Source: Gemmatimonadaceae bacterium
GTDB lineage: Bacteria > Gemmatimonadota > Gemmatimonadetes > Gemmatimonadales > Gemmatimonadaceae
Direction of reading: 5' to 3'
Length of the DNA: 64,000 nucleotides
Assembly: GCA_045803545.1 (NCBI GenBank)
Contig: JBJMOW010000006.1
Coordinates: forward strand, 1-64,000
Positions 27,582 to 36,876 of the stretch are shown here, in pieces (within the stretch, counting starts at the first letter, position 1; every line of letters starts with the position of its first letter). The notes beneath the pieces were generated by a model that had not been told where the DNA came from, ran no database searches, and saw nothing but the letters and a program-made list of their open reading frames with translations. Both the position numbers and the translations under genes were made by a program.

Positions 27582-28919
27582 TTACCGAATCCGGGCCCGC
27601 TCAAGGTGCACTCTCCCCGCGTCGCGGACGGCAAGGTAGACAGTCCCGCCATCTCCAAACCCAGCCAGTACCCGATTCGCGGGCAGCTGCACCCGATCGA
27701 CCAACTCTCCTTTCCGATTGATCACGTTGTAAACCGGCCGAGCGTCGACGTTCTGGGTGGTACGCACCCAAAGATTCCCTTCAGGGTCGACGCGGGTTGC
27801 GCCGGGCAGAAAGGCGGGCTTGTAGTCGGGCAAATCAGTCGCGGGGATCAGTTGCAGCGGCGGGACTTGTCCAGCGGGCGCGCCGCCGCCCGAAGCAACC
27901 GTCGTGCGAACCTGACCATCGGGCCCGCCACGCGCACCGCCGCCGGCCGCGCCGCCGGGTCCATCCACCGTGACGCGAACACCGTCGCCGCCACCGCCGG
28001 GCCCAAATCCAAACTGGCCACTGGCGCGCTGTTTCTCGATCGCGACGCGCGCACTGTCGATGAATGCGACCTTGCCGGAATCGGTGAGACGCTCCCATGC
28101 AAACGGAACTTTCGCCGCCGACGTGACTTTGCCATCGGGGGACAGAAAATCAACGTGATAGTCGCGCGTGCGAACTAGTGCGATGGTGCCGTCGGGAAGC
28201 AGCGCCCAATCGTCTCCCTGCGGTAGCGGATTCACTGACGCTATCACCCGCATTCCACCGTCGGCCGTACGCGTCATGTTCATCACTACCTTTGGCGTCC
28301 GGAAGAAGGTTGCGGTATCCACTTTTCGCGATGCGAGGTCGAAGCGCACGATCGCGGCGGACTCCGGAATGGCGGGCGGACCTGGCGGCATACCATTGCC
28401 ACCAGGGCCGCGAGCGAATGCCTGGAAATTGGGCGGCGCGCGATAGACCAGTTTACCGGCCGGGTCGAACCCAGGCGAGCCGAACGGACCGCCAATCAGG
28501 AAGCTGATATCCTGCGCTCGAGGCGCGGACATTACCCGCGCGATTTTTCCGTTCTCATCGATCAATAGCATCGAGAGCGATGCGGGGTCGACGAAGAGTG
28601 TCGAATCGCCGTGGAAGGCGATCAGTCCGCCGGCTCGCACACCATAGGCGTTGGCGGTCGCGCTCGTCGTATCGGCAACAACCGTGACGAGCGAGAGGGT
28701 GGAATCGAATAGCAACACCCGCCGACCAACGATGTCGTTCACCAGCAGCCGACCGCCAGGAAGCGCGCGAATGCCGGAGACGGCGCCGAGGCTGTCTTTG
28801 GCGACCGCGGTTACGGGACCGAGCTGACGAATCGGTGGCAGCGATGATTGCGCAACTGCGCGCGTCGATGCGGCTACAACCAACTCGAAAACAAGCGCGA
28901 ACACACTGAAGCTTTTCAT
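27582..28919 (-). CDS. secreted hypothetical protein, probable beta-propeller
   Basis: Signal peptide, LPGGRLLVND, DDWALLPDG, VDPEGNLWV blade-like motifs, Gly-rich inserts; start ATG 28919. Confidence 0.8.
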   Translation of the reverse strand: MKSFSVFALVFELVVAASTRAVAQSSLPPIRQLGPVTAVAKDSLGAVSGIRALPGGRLLVNDIVGRRVLLFDSTLSLVTVVADTTSATANAYGVRAGGLIAFHGDSTLFVDPASLSMLLIDENGKIARVMSAPRAQDISFLIGGPFGSPGFDPAGKLVYRAPPNFQAFARGPGGNGMPPGPPAIPESAAIVRFDLASRKVDTATFFRTPKVVMNMTRTADGGMRVIASVNPLPQGDDWALLPDGTIALVRTRDYHVDFLSPDGKVTSAAKVPFAWERLTDSGKVAFIDSARVAIEKQRASGQFGFGPGGGGDGVRVTVDGPGGAAGGGARGGPDGQVRTTVASGGGAPAGQVPPLQLIPATDLPDYKPAFLPGATRVDPEGNLWVRTTQNVDARPVYNVINRKGELVDRVQLPANRVLAGFGDGGTVYLAVRDAGRVHLERARIR

Positions 28920-28938
28920 ATTGAAAACTCGTCGAGAA

Positions 28939-31900
28939 TCAGTTGCGTATGATGATGACCTGACCGCCCATTCCCCCTCCCCCGCCTGCACCGCCTTCCA
29001 CCCTGAAGACCCCACCGCCCGGAACACCGAACATCGTCGGCCCGGTACTCCCGGCGCCGGCCGTGCCCGAGCGAATCGACGCCAGATAACGCGTGTCCAG
29101 ATAACTCGCGGTGATCGCGGGCAGCTTCCGCCGCTGAGACGACGTCAATAAATCGCGAATCGTCGGCACCAGCGCCAGCAGCATGTCCACCGATGTCTCG
29201 CGCGCGTGCTGATAGCGTGAGTACGCCTCGTTCTTGTCATACTTGTCGGGGAGCGCGGCGAGGTACTTCGCGACCGGCGACCAGATGGAATCCAGCCTCA
29301 CGACGTATCTGCGATTCATACTGGCGATGCTGTCTGCCTGCATGCCGCTCAAGCCGAGGGTGTCTGCCTGCCGCAGAATCGTCGACAGCGGATTCGGGAT
29401 CCCGCCCGTTCCATAAATCGCCTTCAGCATTGGCTCCGGCGTCTTGTTGCCGCGCAGCGTCCGGCCCCGATCCAGCTGCTGGGTGAGCGCCTGCCGCTCG
29501 CGGGTCGGTCCAAGGTCGAACCGCATCATAGCAGTTATACTGACAGGCGCTCGTACAGCAGTCAGTGAAGGTTGTGTCGAGCCAAAACGATCGTTGACGT
29601 CGTAGAGGTATCTTCGCGATTGGGCATCGAAGCCGCGCACCGCGAGCAACGTCGGATCGGGGAACGCAAACTGTCCCCATCCACGCAGATTGTTATTTCC
29701 GTGCAGCAGCAAGTCGGCAGCGCCGAGTGGGTTGCCGATCTGCAGCGAAAGTGACGCGCGCTGCGGCATTCTGAACTTCAGCGGATTGAATGCCAGCGAC
29801 AGGGTCGCCTGCGATGTCCACGGGCCCTGACAGCTATTCCGCTCTGCCAATGCTCCGAGCTGCTTCAACAGGCAGTCGTGCGCACTGGCACTCGTCCTGG
29901 CCAGCAGCGACTGCATGCCCGCCGCAAGCTGGGGGTCTGTTGTCTTGGCAGGATCGTAGATGAAAGCGCGGTCATTGTTGTAGCCGTCGCCGTTGATGTC
30001 GCCCGCGACCACCGGTGTGTACGGTGAACCGGAGCGGAAGCTGCCGAACCAGTTCACCCGCACGGCATCGAAGAAGTTGTAGCCGAGGTTGTATTGGATC
30101 TGATGCCGAGAGTCGAACGCCGATCTTCCCCACTCGATGGACAACGGATTGCCGACAGTGCTGTTGAAGCCACGCGTCTGCTCGCGGACGTTCGAGTAGA
30201 CGTAGGAGAGGCTCCAATTGTAGTTGGTGCTGAATTCCGCAGGTGACAGCGAGAACCGGATTTGCCGACTGTCTGACTTGAGGTCAGACCGCAGCTCTGT
30301 CACGCGCGAGAAAAGCTGGCTGACTCGCGCATCGCGCGACGCGATCGATCCGGTCTGCGGCACGATGCTCGACGTCTGCACGAACACCGGTCGCTGAGCT
30401 TCGCCGGGAAGCGTAAACTGCACCACCGGACTGAAGTTCAGATCGACAACGCTAGCCTGATTCATGTTGCGCGAGTACGTCAGCTCGACGTTTCCCGAAA
30501 ACCGATTGCCGAGCACGGGGCCGCCCCAATTCAGATTCGATCTCAGGCTCCTCGGCGCCGCGTAATCGTTCGCGAAGAACGTCACGTTGGGGACGGTGCT
30601 GGCGAACACGCTGCCGTCGGTGCACTGCGCCGGCACGTTGGACGGATCCGAGTAGCTGCTCCAATCCGGCACCGGCGTTGAGGGACCAGCGCACAGCACC
30701 TGCTGGAGCGCGCTGGCGAGACCGGTATTGTCAATCGCGCCGCTGATCAGCGTCGTGTTGGGGATGTTCTGGAACAAGCCGATGCCACCGCGTATCACAG
30801 CACGCGGCCCGCGTACTGCGCCCGCGAACCCCGCAATCTGCGGGGCGGTGCCGTAGCTCCAGGAAAATCCAACCCGCGGACTGAAGTAAATGTGATTTGG
30901 CGCCCGATCGTTACGCTCGCCGAATGCACTCTCGAGATCGGGATTGAACGCCGGCGTCGCCGAAAAGTGATTGCCGTCAAGCCTGACGCCGTACTGAATC
31001 TGCAGATTGTCGGTTCTCTTGTAGGAATCGCCGAGCGACATGCCGCCGATGAACTGGCTGCCACTCCTGATCCTCGGCGATAGCAGTCTGCTGAACGACG
31101 ATGGCTGCTGTGCCTCCAGATCGGCGAGCGAGTTGTAAGTAAACGAGCCGAGGGTGTTCATCTGCTGATTGAGTGTGAACGCATCGCGACGCAGTTCAGT
31201 CGTGAGCTTGATGCGATGCTTGTTGCTCGCGCTGAACCAGGACAGCTGATTGGTCAGCTCGGTACCCGTGTTCGTCTGATCCGAATTGAGATTCGGATTC
31301 CCGCCGAAGGCGATCGTGCGAATGCTGCTCGTTCCATCCGGAAATTCCGAGTTGATCCGCACACTCCCACTCGGCATGTCCAGATAAGGGCTGCCGTAGT
31401 TGCGCGATCGATTCAGACCGAACGACGTTTCGCTGAGGACGAGGCCGCCGTAATAATTGTTGTGACGCGCCTGCAGTCCGGCATTCCAGTTGGTTCGGTC
31501 GCCGCTGTGCGCGGGCACCTCGCTCGTGAGCGATGAAGCCGGCGTCTGCTGATTCCAGCTGCCGTTGTATGAGACACCGATTGCCTGGCCGGTGCTGGAT
31601 GATTGCGGCGCGAAATCGAAATTGCCGTAGATCGAGCCCTGCTCGCCGAGCCGGCTGGATGGCAACTCGCTCGTCCGGGTGGGAATCCCGAATCCACGAA
31701 GGATCGAAAGCAGGCGTACGACAGAGTCAGGGGACACGCCTGATGTCTGCAATCCGATCGCGCTGGTGTTGAGCAGGGACCTCAAATCGTTGGCGCGCCT
31801 CCCCAACTGGTACGCGAGACTATAAAAAGACGCGTCGGGTTTGATCGGTCCCGCGAGCAATCCACCGAGGGAGACGTTGCTGTATTGCTGCCCGAGCGAT

Positions 31901-32685
31901 CGCGCCGCGGGATCGGTCCACTGGAGCTGCGGTGCGTCGACATTCAAACTCATCGTCCGCGTCACGAAATTCGAGCCGGGTCGGCCGCGAATCTGGAATT
32001 GGGCGCCGCTGAATCCGCCGCGAGACACGTCGTAGGGCGTCGTCACCAGCGAGGTCTGCACGTTCGCGTCGCGTGGCAGATTGGATCCGCTGAAGTTCAT
32101 CCCATTCAGCGTCGTATTGTTCTGATCGGGAGAAAGGCCGAGCACGGAGAAGCCCGACGGATCGCCGTCCTGCCCTGGTACCAGCGTCACGCCCGGGAGC
32201 GAGGCCGCCATCGCTGCGATGTCGCCCTGCTGATCGGCGGCGACTGCGCTGTTATCGACAGGCCGCTCGCTGCCGCTGATGTCGGGAGTGTAGTCGTTCC
32301 GTTCCGGTCGATCGCGTTGACCGACGACTCGCACCGTGTCGAGTACACCGGCTGCACGCTGCAGTCGCGCATCGGCGACGAGAATCTCCTGATCGGCGGT
32401 GCGTTTCACTTCGAAACGGCGTGCGCCGTATCCGAGAGCGGAGAAATCGACGAAATAATCGCCTTCGCCGCCGGGAAACGTGATCGTATAGCGCCCGCTC
32501 TTGTCGGTGCGAGCGGTGCGATTGACGTTGCCGCTGAGAGATGTCGCCGTGACCTTGGTATTCTCGAGCGGCTGACCGTCGGGGCCAAGTACCTGACCAC
32601 GGATCACATCAACGCCCTGCGCGGCAGCTTGATGCGCGCAAATTGCCAGAGCGACAGCGATGAAGATCTTGGGAGCTAAGCGCAT
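28939..32685 (-). CDS. TonB-dependent receptor-like outer-membrane protein with N-terminal carboxypeptidase-regulatory-like domain
   Basis: Signal peptide, IRGQV...ARTDKSGRYTI, plug-like LPGV/NNTTLNG, FSPRVGFSW, GDINGDG; C-terminal helical extension. Confidence 0.85.
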   Translation of the reverse strand: MRLAPKIFIAVALAICAHQAAAQGVDVIRGQVLGPDGQPLENTKVTATSLSGNVNRTARTDKSGRYTITFPGGEGDYFVDFSALGYGARRFEVKRTADQEILVADARLQRAAGVLDTVRVVGQRDRPERNDYTPDISGSERPVDNSAVAADQQGDIAAMAASLPGVTLVPGQDGDPSGFSVLGLSPDQNNTTLNGMNFSGSNLPRDANVQTSLVTTPYDVSRGGFSGAQFQIRGRPGSNFVTRTMSLNVDAPQLQWTDPAARSLGQQYSNVSLGGLLAGPIKPDASFYSLAYQLGRRANDLRSLLNTSAIGLQTSGVSPDSVVRLLSILRGFGIPTRTSELPSSRLGEQGSIYGNFDFAPQSSSTGQAIGVSYNGSWNQQTPASSLTSEVPAHSGDRTNWNAGLQARHNNYYGGLVLSETSFGLNRSRNYGSPYLDMPSGSVRINSEFPDGTSSIRTIAFGGNPNLNSDQTNTGTELTNQLSWFSASNKHRIKLTTELRRDAFTLNQQMNTLGSFTYNSLADLEAQQPSSFSRLLSPRIRSGSQFIGGMSLGDSYKRTDNLQIQYGVRLDGNHFSATPAFNPDLESAFGERNDRAPNHIYFSPRVGFSWSYGTAPQIAGFAGAVRGPRAVIRGGIGLFQNIPNTTLISGAIDNTGLASALQQVLCAGPSTPVPDWSSYSDPSNVPAQCTDGSVFASTVPNVTFFANDYAAPRSLRSNLNWGGPVLGNRFSGNVELTYSRNMNQASVVDLNFSPVVQFTLPGEAQRPVFVQTSSIVPQTGSIASRDARVSQLFSRVTELRSDLKSDSRQIRFSLSPAEFSTNYNWSLSYVYSNVREQTRGFNSTVGNPLSIEWGRSAFDSRHQIQYNLGYNFFDAVRVNWFGSFRSGSPYTPVVAGDINGDGYNNDRAFIYDPAKTTDPQLAAGMQSLLARTSASAHDCLLKQLGALAERNSCQGPWTSQATLSLAFNPLKFRMPQRASLSLQIGNPLGAADLLLHGNNNLRGWGQFAFPDPTLLAVRGFDAQSRRYLYDVNDRFGSTQPSLTAVRAPVSITAMMRFDLGPTRERQALTQQLDRGRTLRGNKTPEPMLKAIYGTGGIPNPLSTILRQADTLGLSGMQADSIASMNRRYVVRLDSIWSPVAKYLAALPDKYDKNEAYSRYQHARETSVDMLLALVPTIRDLLTSSQRRKLPAITASYLDTRYLASIRSGTAGAGSTGPTMFGVPGGGVFRVEGGAGGGGGMGGQVIIIRN

Positions 32686-32695
32686 GACTCTTCCT

Positions 32696-32723
32696 TTGAC
32701 GCCAGCATGTCGCGGAAGGTTGC
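32696..32723 (-). promoter_or_regulatory. putative ECF-sigma promoter
   Basis: Minus strand GCAACC, 16-nt spacer, CGTCAA just upstream of the receptor ATG; resembles the AAC...CGT ECF consensus. Confidence 0.55.
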
Positions 32724-32741
32724 CGGGTCTAAAGCAACGCG

Positions 32742-33029
32742 CTACGGGGTAATCGAATCGCCGGGTTTGGGTGGAGTGTGTTTGCCTCGCACTGGAACGA
32801 CAGCCGCTCTATCGAGCAGAAGACACAATTCCTTGTCGTTCAACCTTTCCCAGTCTTCGGGATAACGGGCGAGACGGCGGCGCTCCTTTGCCGATTCGAA
32901 GCAAAGCCAGCCGTCGCCATACTCGCCGAGATAATCCTCGGCGGCAGTTCTGGGATGGATTGAGGAACGCAGCACCGGCCACACTCTCCACCTGGTGCCA
33001 TCTTCGTCCACGAAGTCCCTCACCGCCAT
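32742..33029 (-). CDS. small hypothetical protein
   Basis: 95 aa, WRVW...GWLCFES..ERRRL pattern; AGGAG RBS. Confidence 0.8.
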   Translation of the reverse strand: MAVRDFVDEDGTRWRVWPVLRSSIHPRTAAEDYLGEYGDGWLCFESAKERRRLARYPEDWERLNDKELCLLLDRAAVVPVRGKHTPPKPGDSITP

Positions 33030-33295
33030 CGGCCGAATCTCCTCGGGATATGACTAGACCTCTGCTGTTGCGAAAATCGTACGCGAAATTCGCGAAGATC
33101 GCGTCAGTCAGGGATTTTGGTTGGCGAACCTGACCCGATACTGGTTTCATCGGGCCATGCGGTCAAGAGCAAACATCCGCTAAGTCACGCTAAGTCGCGC
33201 CAATTCACCGGGTTGGACGGTGTGTGATAGAAAAATGGCGGTGCCGGACACGAAACAGCACTCCGGGCCGGTGGACTTTCGGGCCCGCTCGTACG

Positions 33296-33631
33296 CTAGC
33301 TGACCAAACCCGCCCCACAATTGGAGCAATATTGGGCGTCGGATTCCGGCCGCGGCCCGCATCGCTCGCAAACCGGAAGATTGCCCGCACGCATGACGGC
33401 GACTGCTTGCTCCATGTATCGAGCTTTCAGTGATTCGTAATCGGAGGCAGAGATTTTCCCCGTCTGCTGGTCGAACTCGAGCTCACGCAAGGCGTCGACT
33501 GCGCTTGTCGATTGCACCGGTACTGGCCGCGCGACGCGTCTGATTTGCGCCGGCTCCGCGCGGAAGAGCGGATACAAAACGAAGAGCAGCGATGTAACCG
33601 CCAGCGCGGTGCCGACAAACAGCGCGATCAT
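33296..33631 (-). CDS. CcmI-like N-terminus plus zinc-ribbon protein
   Basis: TM helix, LRELEFD...GKIS..DY, CERCG...CSNCG; ATGA-coupled to the ccmH-like gene. Confidence 0.8.
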   Translation of the reverse strand: MIALFVGTALAVTSLLFVLYPLFRAEPAQIRRVARPVPVQSTSAVDALRELEFDQQTGKISASDYESLKARYMEQAVAVMRAGNLPVCERCGPRPESDAQYCSNCGAGLVS

Positions 33632-34194
33632 GCGTCGCGACGAACCGCGGCGTTGATCGCGTCGAGCTCTTCACGGGTAGCGTCGACGTGCGGCGCAACG
33701 CTCGGGACTTGAGGCGCGCGCGATTTCCATCGCTTGAGTAGCGCGCTCACCAACACCGCGCCGGTGGCGAGCGCGACGAACGGCATCGTGTAGCCGACGA
33801 GGTTGAACCCGCTCTTGTTGGGAGCCATCAATACTTTTTCGCCGTACACCGCCCTAAATGCGGCGAGGATCTCCTGCGCGGTGTGACCGCCGGAGACAAG
33901 TCCCATCACGTCGGCGTGCATCGCCGGCGAGACGCTGCAGGAAAAATCGGTGGTGCGGCAGGTGTACACGTCGAGGTTGCAGCCGCACTGGCAGTGGATC
34001 TTATGCTCGAGATCATCGCGCTGCGCGTCGGTCATCGACGGCGATGCATTTGGTTTTGGTGGCAGCGAGACCGGCCGATAAACGTCGTTGGCATCCGCCA
34101 TCGGCCCATTGAAAGTCTGCAATGCCTGAGCGTCGCCCTTCGTGGACAGCAATCCGAGAGCGGGAATCCCCAACAGGAAATCGCGACGATTCAT
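33628..34194 (-). CDS. ccmH: cytochrome c biogenesis protein CcmH-like (Cys-rich variant)
   Basis: HCQCGC...C...C, G.TAQEIL.AF..VYGEKVLMAP, C-terminal TM; NRRDFL twin-arginine-like signal. Confidence 0.8.
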   Translation of the reverse strand: MNRRDFLLGIPALGLLSTKGDAQALQTFNGPMADANDVYRPVSLPPKPNASPSMTDAQRDDLEHKIHCQCGCNLDVYTCRTTDFSCSVSPAMHADVMGLVSGGHTAQEILAAFRAVYGEKVLMAPNKSGFNLVGYTMPFVALATGAVLVSALLKRWKSRAPQVPSVAPHVDATREELDAINAAVRRDA

Positions 34195-36231
34195 TCAGGC
34201 ACCCACAAGATCGGGAACGCCAACCGGCTTAGGCTTCAGGACAGCAGCGTACCCAGCCTGAACTCGGGCCCGATCGGCGGCCGGCCACATCACCACTAGC
34301 CCGCCAATCGCCATCAAGGCTCCGCCAAGCCAGACCCAGCGCACCAGCGGATTGAAAGTCACCCGAATCTCGGCGGATTCCTGACCGCGAACGCCCGCAA
34401 GCACGACGTAGACGTCCTGCTTGAACGATCCCTTGATTCCGACTTCAGTCGACGGCTCGAACGTCGGTGATCCGCGCGAATCGACGTGCTGTCGCTTCTC
34501 GCTGGTGATGACGCCCGCCGGCTTTCCATCGCGGGTGACGTCGAGCGCGATCGCAGTCACGTCGCGATTCAATATCGAATACCGTGAGATTCCCTGGCTC
34601 AGGAAACTCCACTGATGGCCCCAGGCATCGGTAACCGTTTTCGAATCGCCGGCGTTCAGGGTCAAATCGAACTCACGTTTGAAGGCGAGTCCGGCGAAGG
34701 CGGCGAAAATGACAACGACGCCAGCGTGGACGATGTACCCGCCGTAGCGGCGGCGATTACGAGCGACCAGACGCGGCAGCGCGACAAGTCTCGACTCACC
34801 GTACATCTTGTGACGCGCGTTGACGCCCTTGTAGAACTCCTGGACGATAGTCGCCGCAACGAGGCCGCCGAAGGTGTACGACAACAACGCCGCCAGATTG
34901 TGAACGCCCAGCGCAAATACGAGAATCCCTACCGTAGCGGCAACCGCCACCGGAACAAGAAATTGTCGGCGCAGATTGGCCACCGACGCTCGGCGCCACG
35001 CGATCAACGGCCCGATGCCGGTCAACAACAGCAGCAGCAGGCCAAGCGGGATGTTCACCGTATTGAAGAACGGCGGACCGACCGTGATCTTGGTGCCGCG
35101 CACCGCTTCACTGATGATCGGAAACAACGTTCCCCACAGTACCGAAAACGCGATCCCGACAAGAACGAGATTGTTGTAAAGAAAGGCAGCTTCGCGACTC
35201 ACCATGCTCTCGAGCTCGGCGTGCGAGCGGAGATCGTTGAGACGAGTGGACACCAGATACGCAGTGACCGCGATCGAAGCGATGAGAAAAGCGGCGAACC
35301 ATTTGCCGACCGGCGACTGCGCAAAGGAGTGCACGCTCGAGATGACGCCGCTCCGTGTGATGAAGGTGCCGAAAATCGAGAGAAGAAAAGCCGACACAAC
35401 GAGCGTCACGTTCCACTTTCTCAGCATTCCCCGTTTTTCCTGCACCATGATCGAATGCAGGAATGCGGTGTTCACCAGCCATGGCAGCAGCGACGCGTTC
35501 TCGACCGGATCCCACGCCCAGTAGCCGCCCCACCCCAGCTCGACGTACGCCCACCACATCCCGAGCACGATGCCGACGGTGTTGAAGAACCACGCCAGCA
35601 GTGCCCATCGTCTAACCGCCGACAACCATTCAGCATCCAGGCGGCGCGTCAGCAGCGCCGCAATCGCAAACGCGAATGGAATCGAAGTGCCGACGTAGCC
35701 GAGGTAAAGGTTGGGCGGATGAATGGCCATTCCGGGATTCTGCAGCTGCGGATTCAGCCCGCGTCCATCGATCGGAATGAAATCGAGGCGCTCGAACGGG
35801 TTCGAGCCGAAGCAGATGGTGGCGAGGAAGAAAACCAGAATCAGTGCGAGGGTGCCCGTTACGTACGGCATCAGCTCGCGATTGCGCGATCGATTGGTGT
35901 AGAGCGTGATCGCCGAGTAGATCGAGAGAATCAGCGCCCAGAAGAGGAGTGATCCGGACTGCCCGCCCCAGAATGCGGTGATGGTGTATACCGTGGGCAG
36001 ATTGGCGCTGGTGAACGACGCGACGTACTTGATCGAGAAGTCGTGAGTAATGAGAGCGGTCCAGAGACCAATCGAAGCCAGCACCACCATCGCCAGGGTG
36101 GCGTACATCGCGCGCTCGCCGCTCTCGGTCAGATCTGCGCGGCGCATTTGTCCGCCTGCGAATGACACCGTTGCCGACCAGGCCGCCATCAGCAGCGCGA
36201 CCCACAGCGATAGCTCACCTACGAGAATCAT
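34195..36231 (-). CDS. ccmF: cytochrome c biogenesis heme lyase CcmF
   Basis: GLNPQLQ, IHPP, WAYVELGWGGYWAWDPVEN, SVHSFA. Confidence 0.97.
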   Translation of the reverse strand: MILVGELSLWVALLMAAWSATVSFAGGQMRRADLTESGERAMYATLAMVVLASIGLWTALITHDFSIKYVASFTSANLPTVYTITAFWGGQSGSLLFWALILSIYSAITLYTNRSRNRELMPYVTGTLALILVFFLATICFGSNPFERLDFIPIDGRGLNPQLQNPGMAIHPPNLYLGYVGTSIPFAFAIAALLTRRLDAEWLSAVRRWALLAWFFNTVGIVLGMWWAYVELGWGGYWAWDPVENASLLPWLVNTAFLHSIMVQEKRGMLRKWNVTLVVSAFLLSIFGTFITRSGVISSVHSFAQSPVGKWFAAFLIASIAVTAYLVSTRLNDLRSHAELESMVSREAAFLYNNLVLVGIAFSVLWGTLFPIISEAVRGTKITVGPPFFNTVNIPLGLLLLLLTGIGPLIAWRRASVANLRRQFLVPVAVAATVGILVFALGVHNLAALLSYTFGGLVAATIVQEFYKGVNARHKMYGESRLVALPRLVARNRRRYGGYIVHAGVVVIFAAFAGLAFKREFDLTLNAGDSKTVTDAWGHQWSFLSQGISRYSILNRDVTAIALDVTRDGKPAGVITSEKRQHVDSRGSPTFEPSTEVGIKGSFKQDVYVVLAGVRGQESAEIRVTFNPLVRWVWLGGALMAIGGLVVMWPAADRARVQAGYAAVLKPKPVGVPDLVGA

Positions 36232-36249
36232 TCTGTGGTGCGGTTCAGA

Positions 36250-36705
36250 CTACGCGCCCAGTGCAGTGCGCGCCGGTTGCTTGTATCCGGGAGTCTGCTT
36301 GTATTTGTCAGGCGCGTTCTCATACCGCGACGCGCACTTGGCGAGGAGCGTCGTGGCACGGAAGGTGTTGTCGGTGCCGAGCCTGCCTTCGACGACGACA
36401 TCGACACCGTCGGTGAACGTGTCCGGCGTGATGCCGCGATAGACGACGGGAAAGGTTTGCGCACCGTCAGTCATGCGAAAAGCAACTTCGCGCCCACCCG
36501 GGTCCCGCACTATCGAGCCCTTTACCACCCGCGCGCCGACTTTGACCCCGGTGTTATAGAAGGTCGGATCGGATTTCGTCTTTGCCGACAGTTCCTGCGG
36601 CGTGAGGTAATACACGCCGGTGTCGCGGATCGCGCTCGCCGCGAGATAGCCGGCGGTACCGATGACGAGCAGGCCGCCGATGATGAATTTGCTGCGTGGC
36701 TTCAC
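36250..36705 (-). CDS. ccmE: heme chaperone CcmE, Cys variant
   Basis: YYLTP, YRGITPDTF, VVVEG, LLAKCASRY; start GTG 36705. Confidence 0.93.
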   Translation of the reverse strand: MKPRSKFIIGGLLVIGTAGYLAASAIRDTGVYYLTPQELSAKTKSDPTFYNTGVKVGARVVKGSIVRDPGGREVAFRMTDGAQTFPVVYRGITPDTFTDGVDVVVEGRLGTDNTFRATTLLAKCASRYENAPDKYKQTPGYKQPARTALGA

Positions 36706-36736
36706 AAGCGAAATATAGAGAGGTGGAAGCTGGTAT

Positions 36737-36876
36737 GCCGACCGAGGCCCGCCGACCAAGGGCATCGATCATCGCGGACGAAGTGAGGAGCGATGACAAT
36801 CGAGGATCCTCGATTGTCAGGAATTCTCAATTCGTCAGCAATCATAAATGCCGTTGGTCATCGGGCCTCAGTCGGC
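36737..36876. repeat. 140-bp palindromic element, copy A
   Basis: Long imperfect IR with a perfect 26-bp central palindrome TGACAATCGAGGATCCTCGATTGTCA (36794-36819); homologous to 42976-43116. Confidence 0.92.

Noticed and set aside
34615..35952. Long antisense ORFs (also 15358..16629, 1691..2521, 50867..51634 and others)
   Set aside because: Opposite well-supported genes, no recognisable motifs; expected from stop-poor reverse frames in high-GC DNA.
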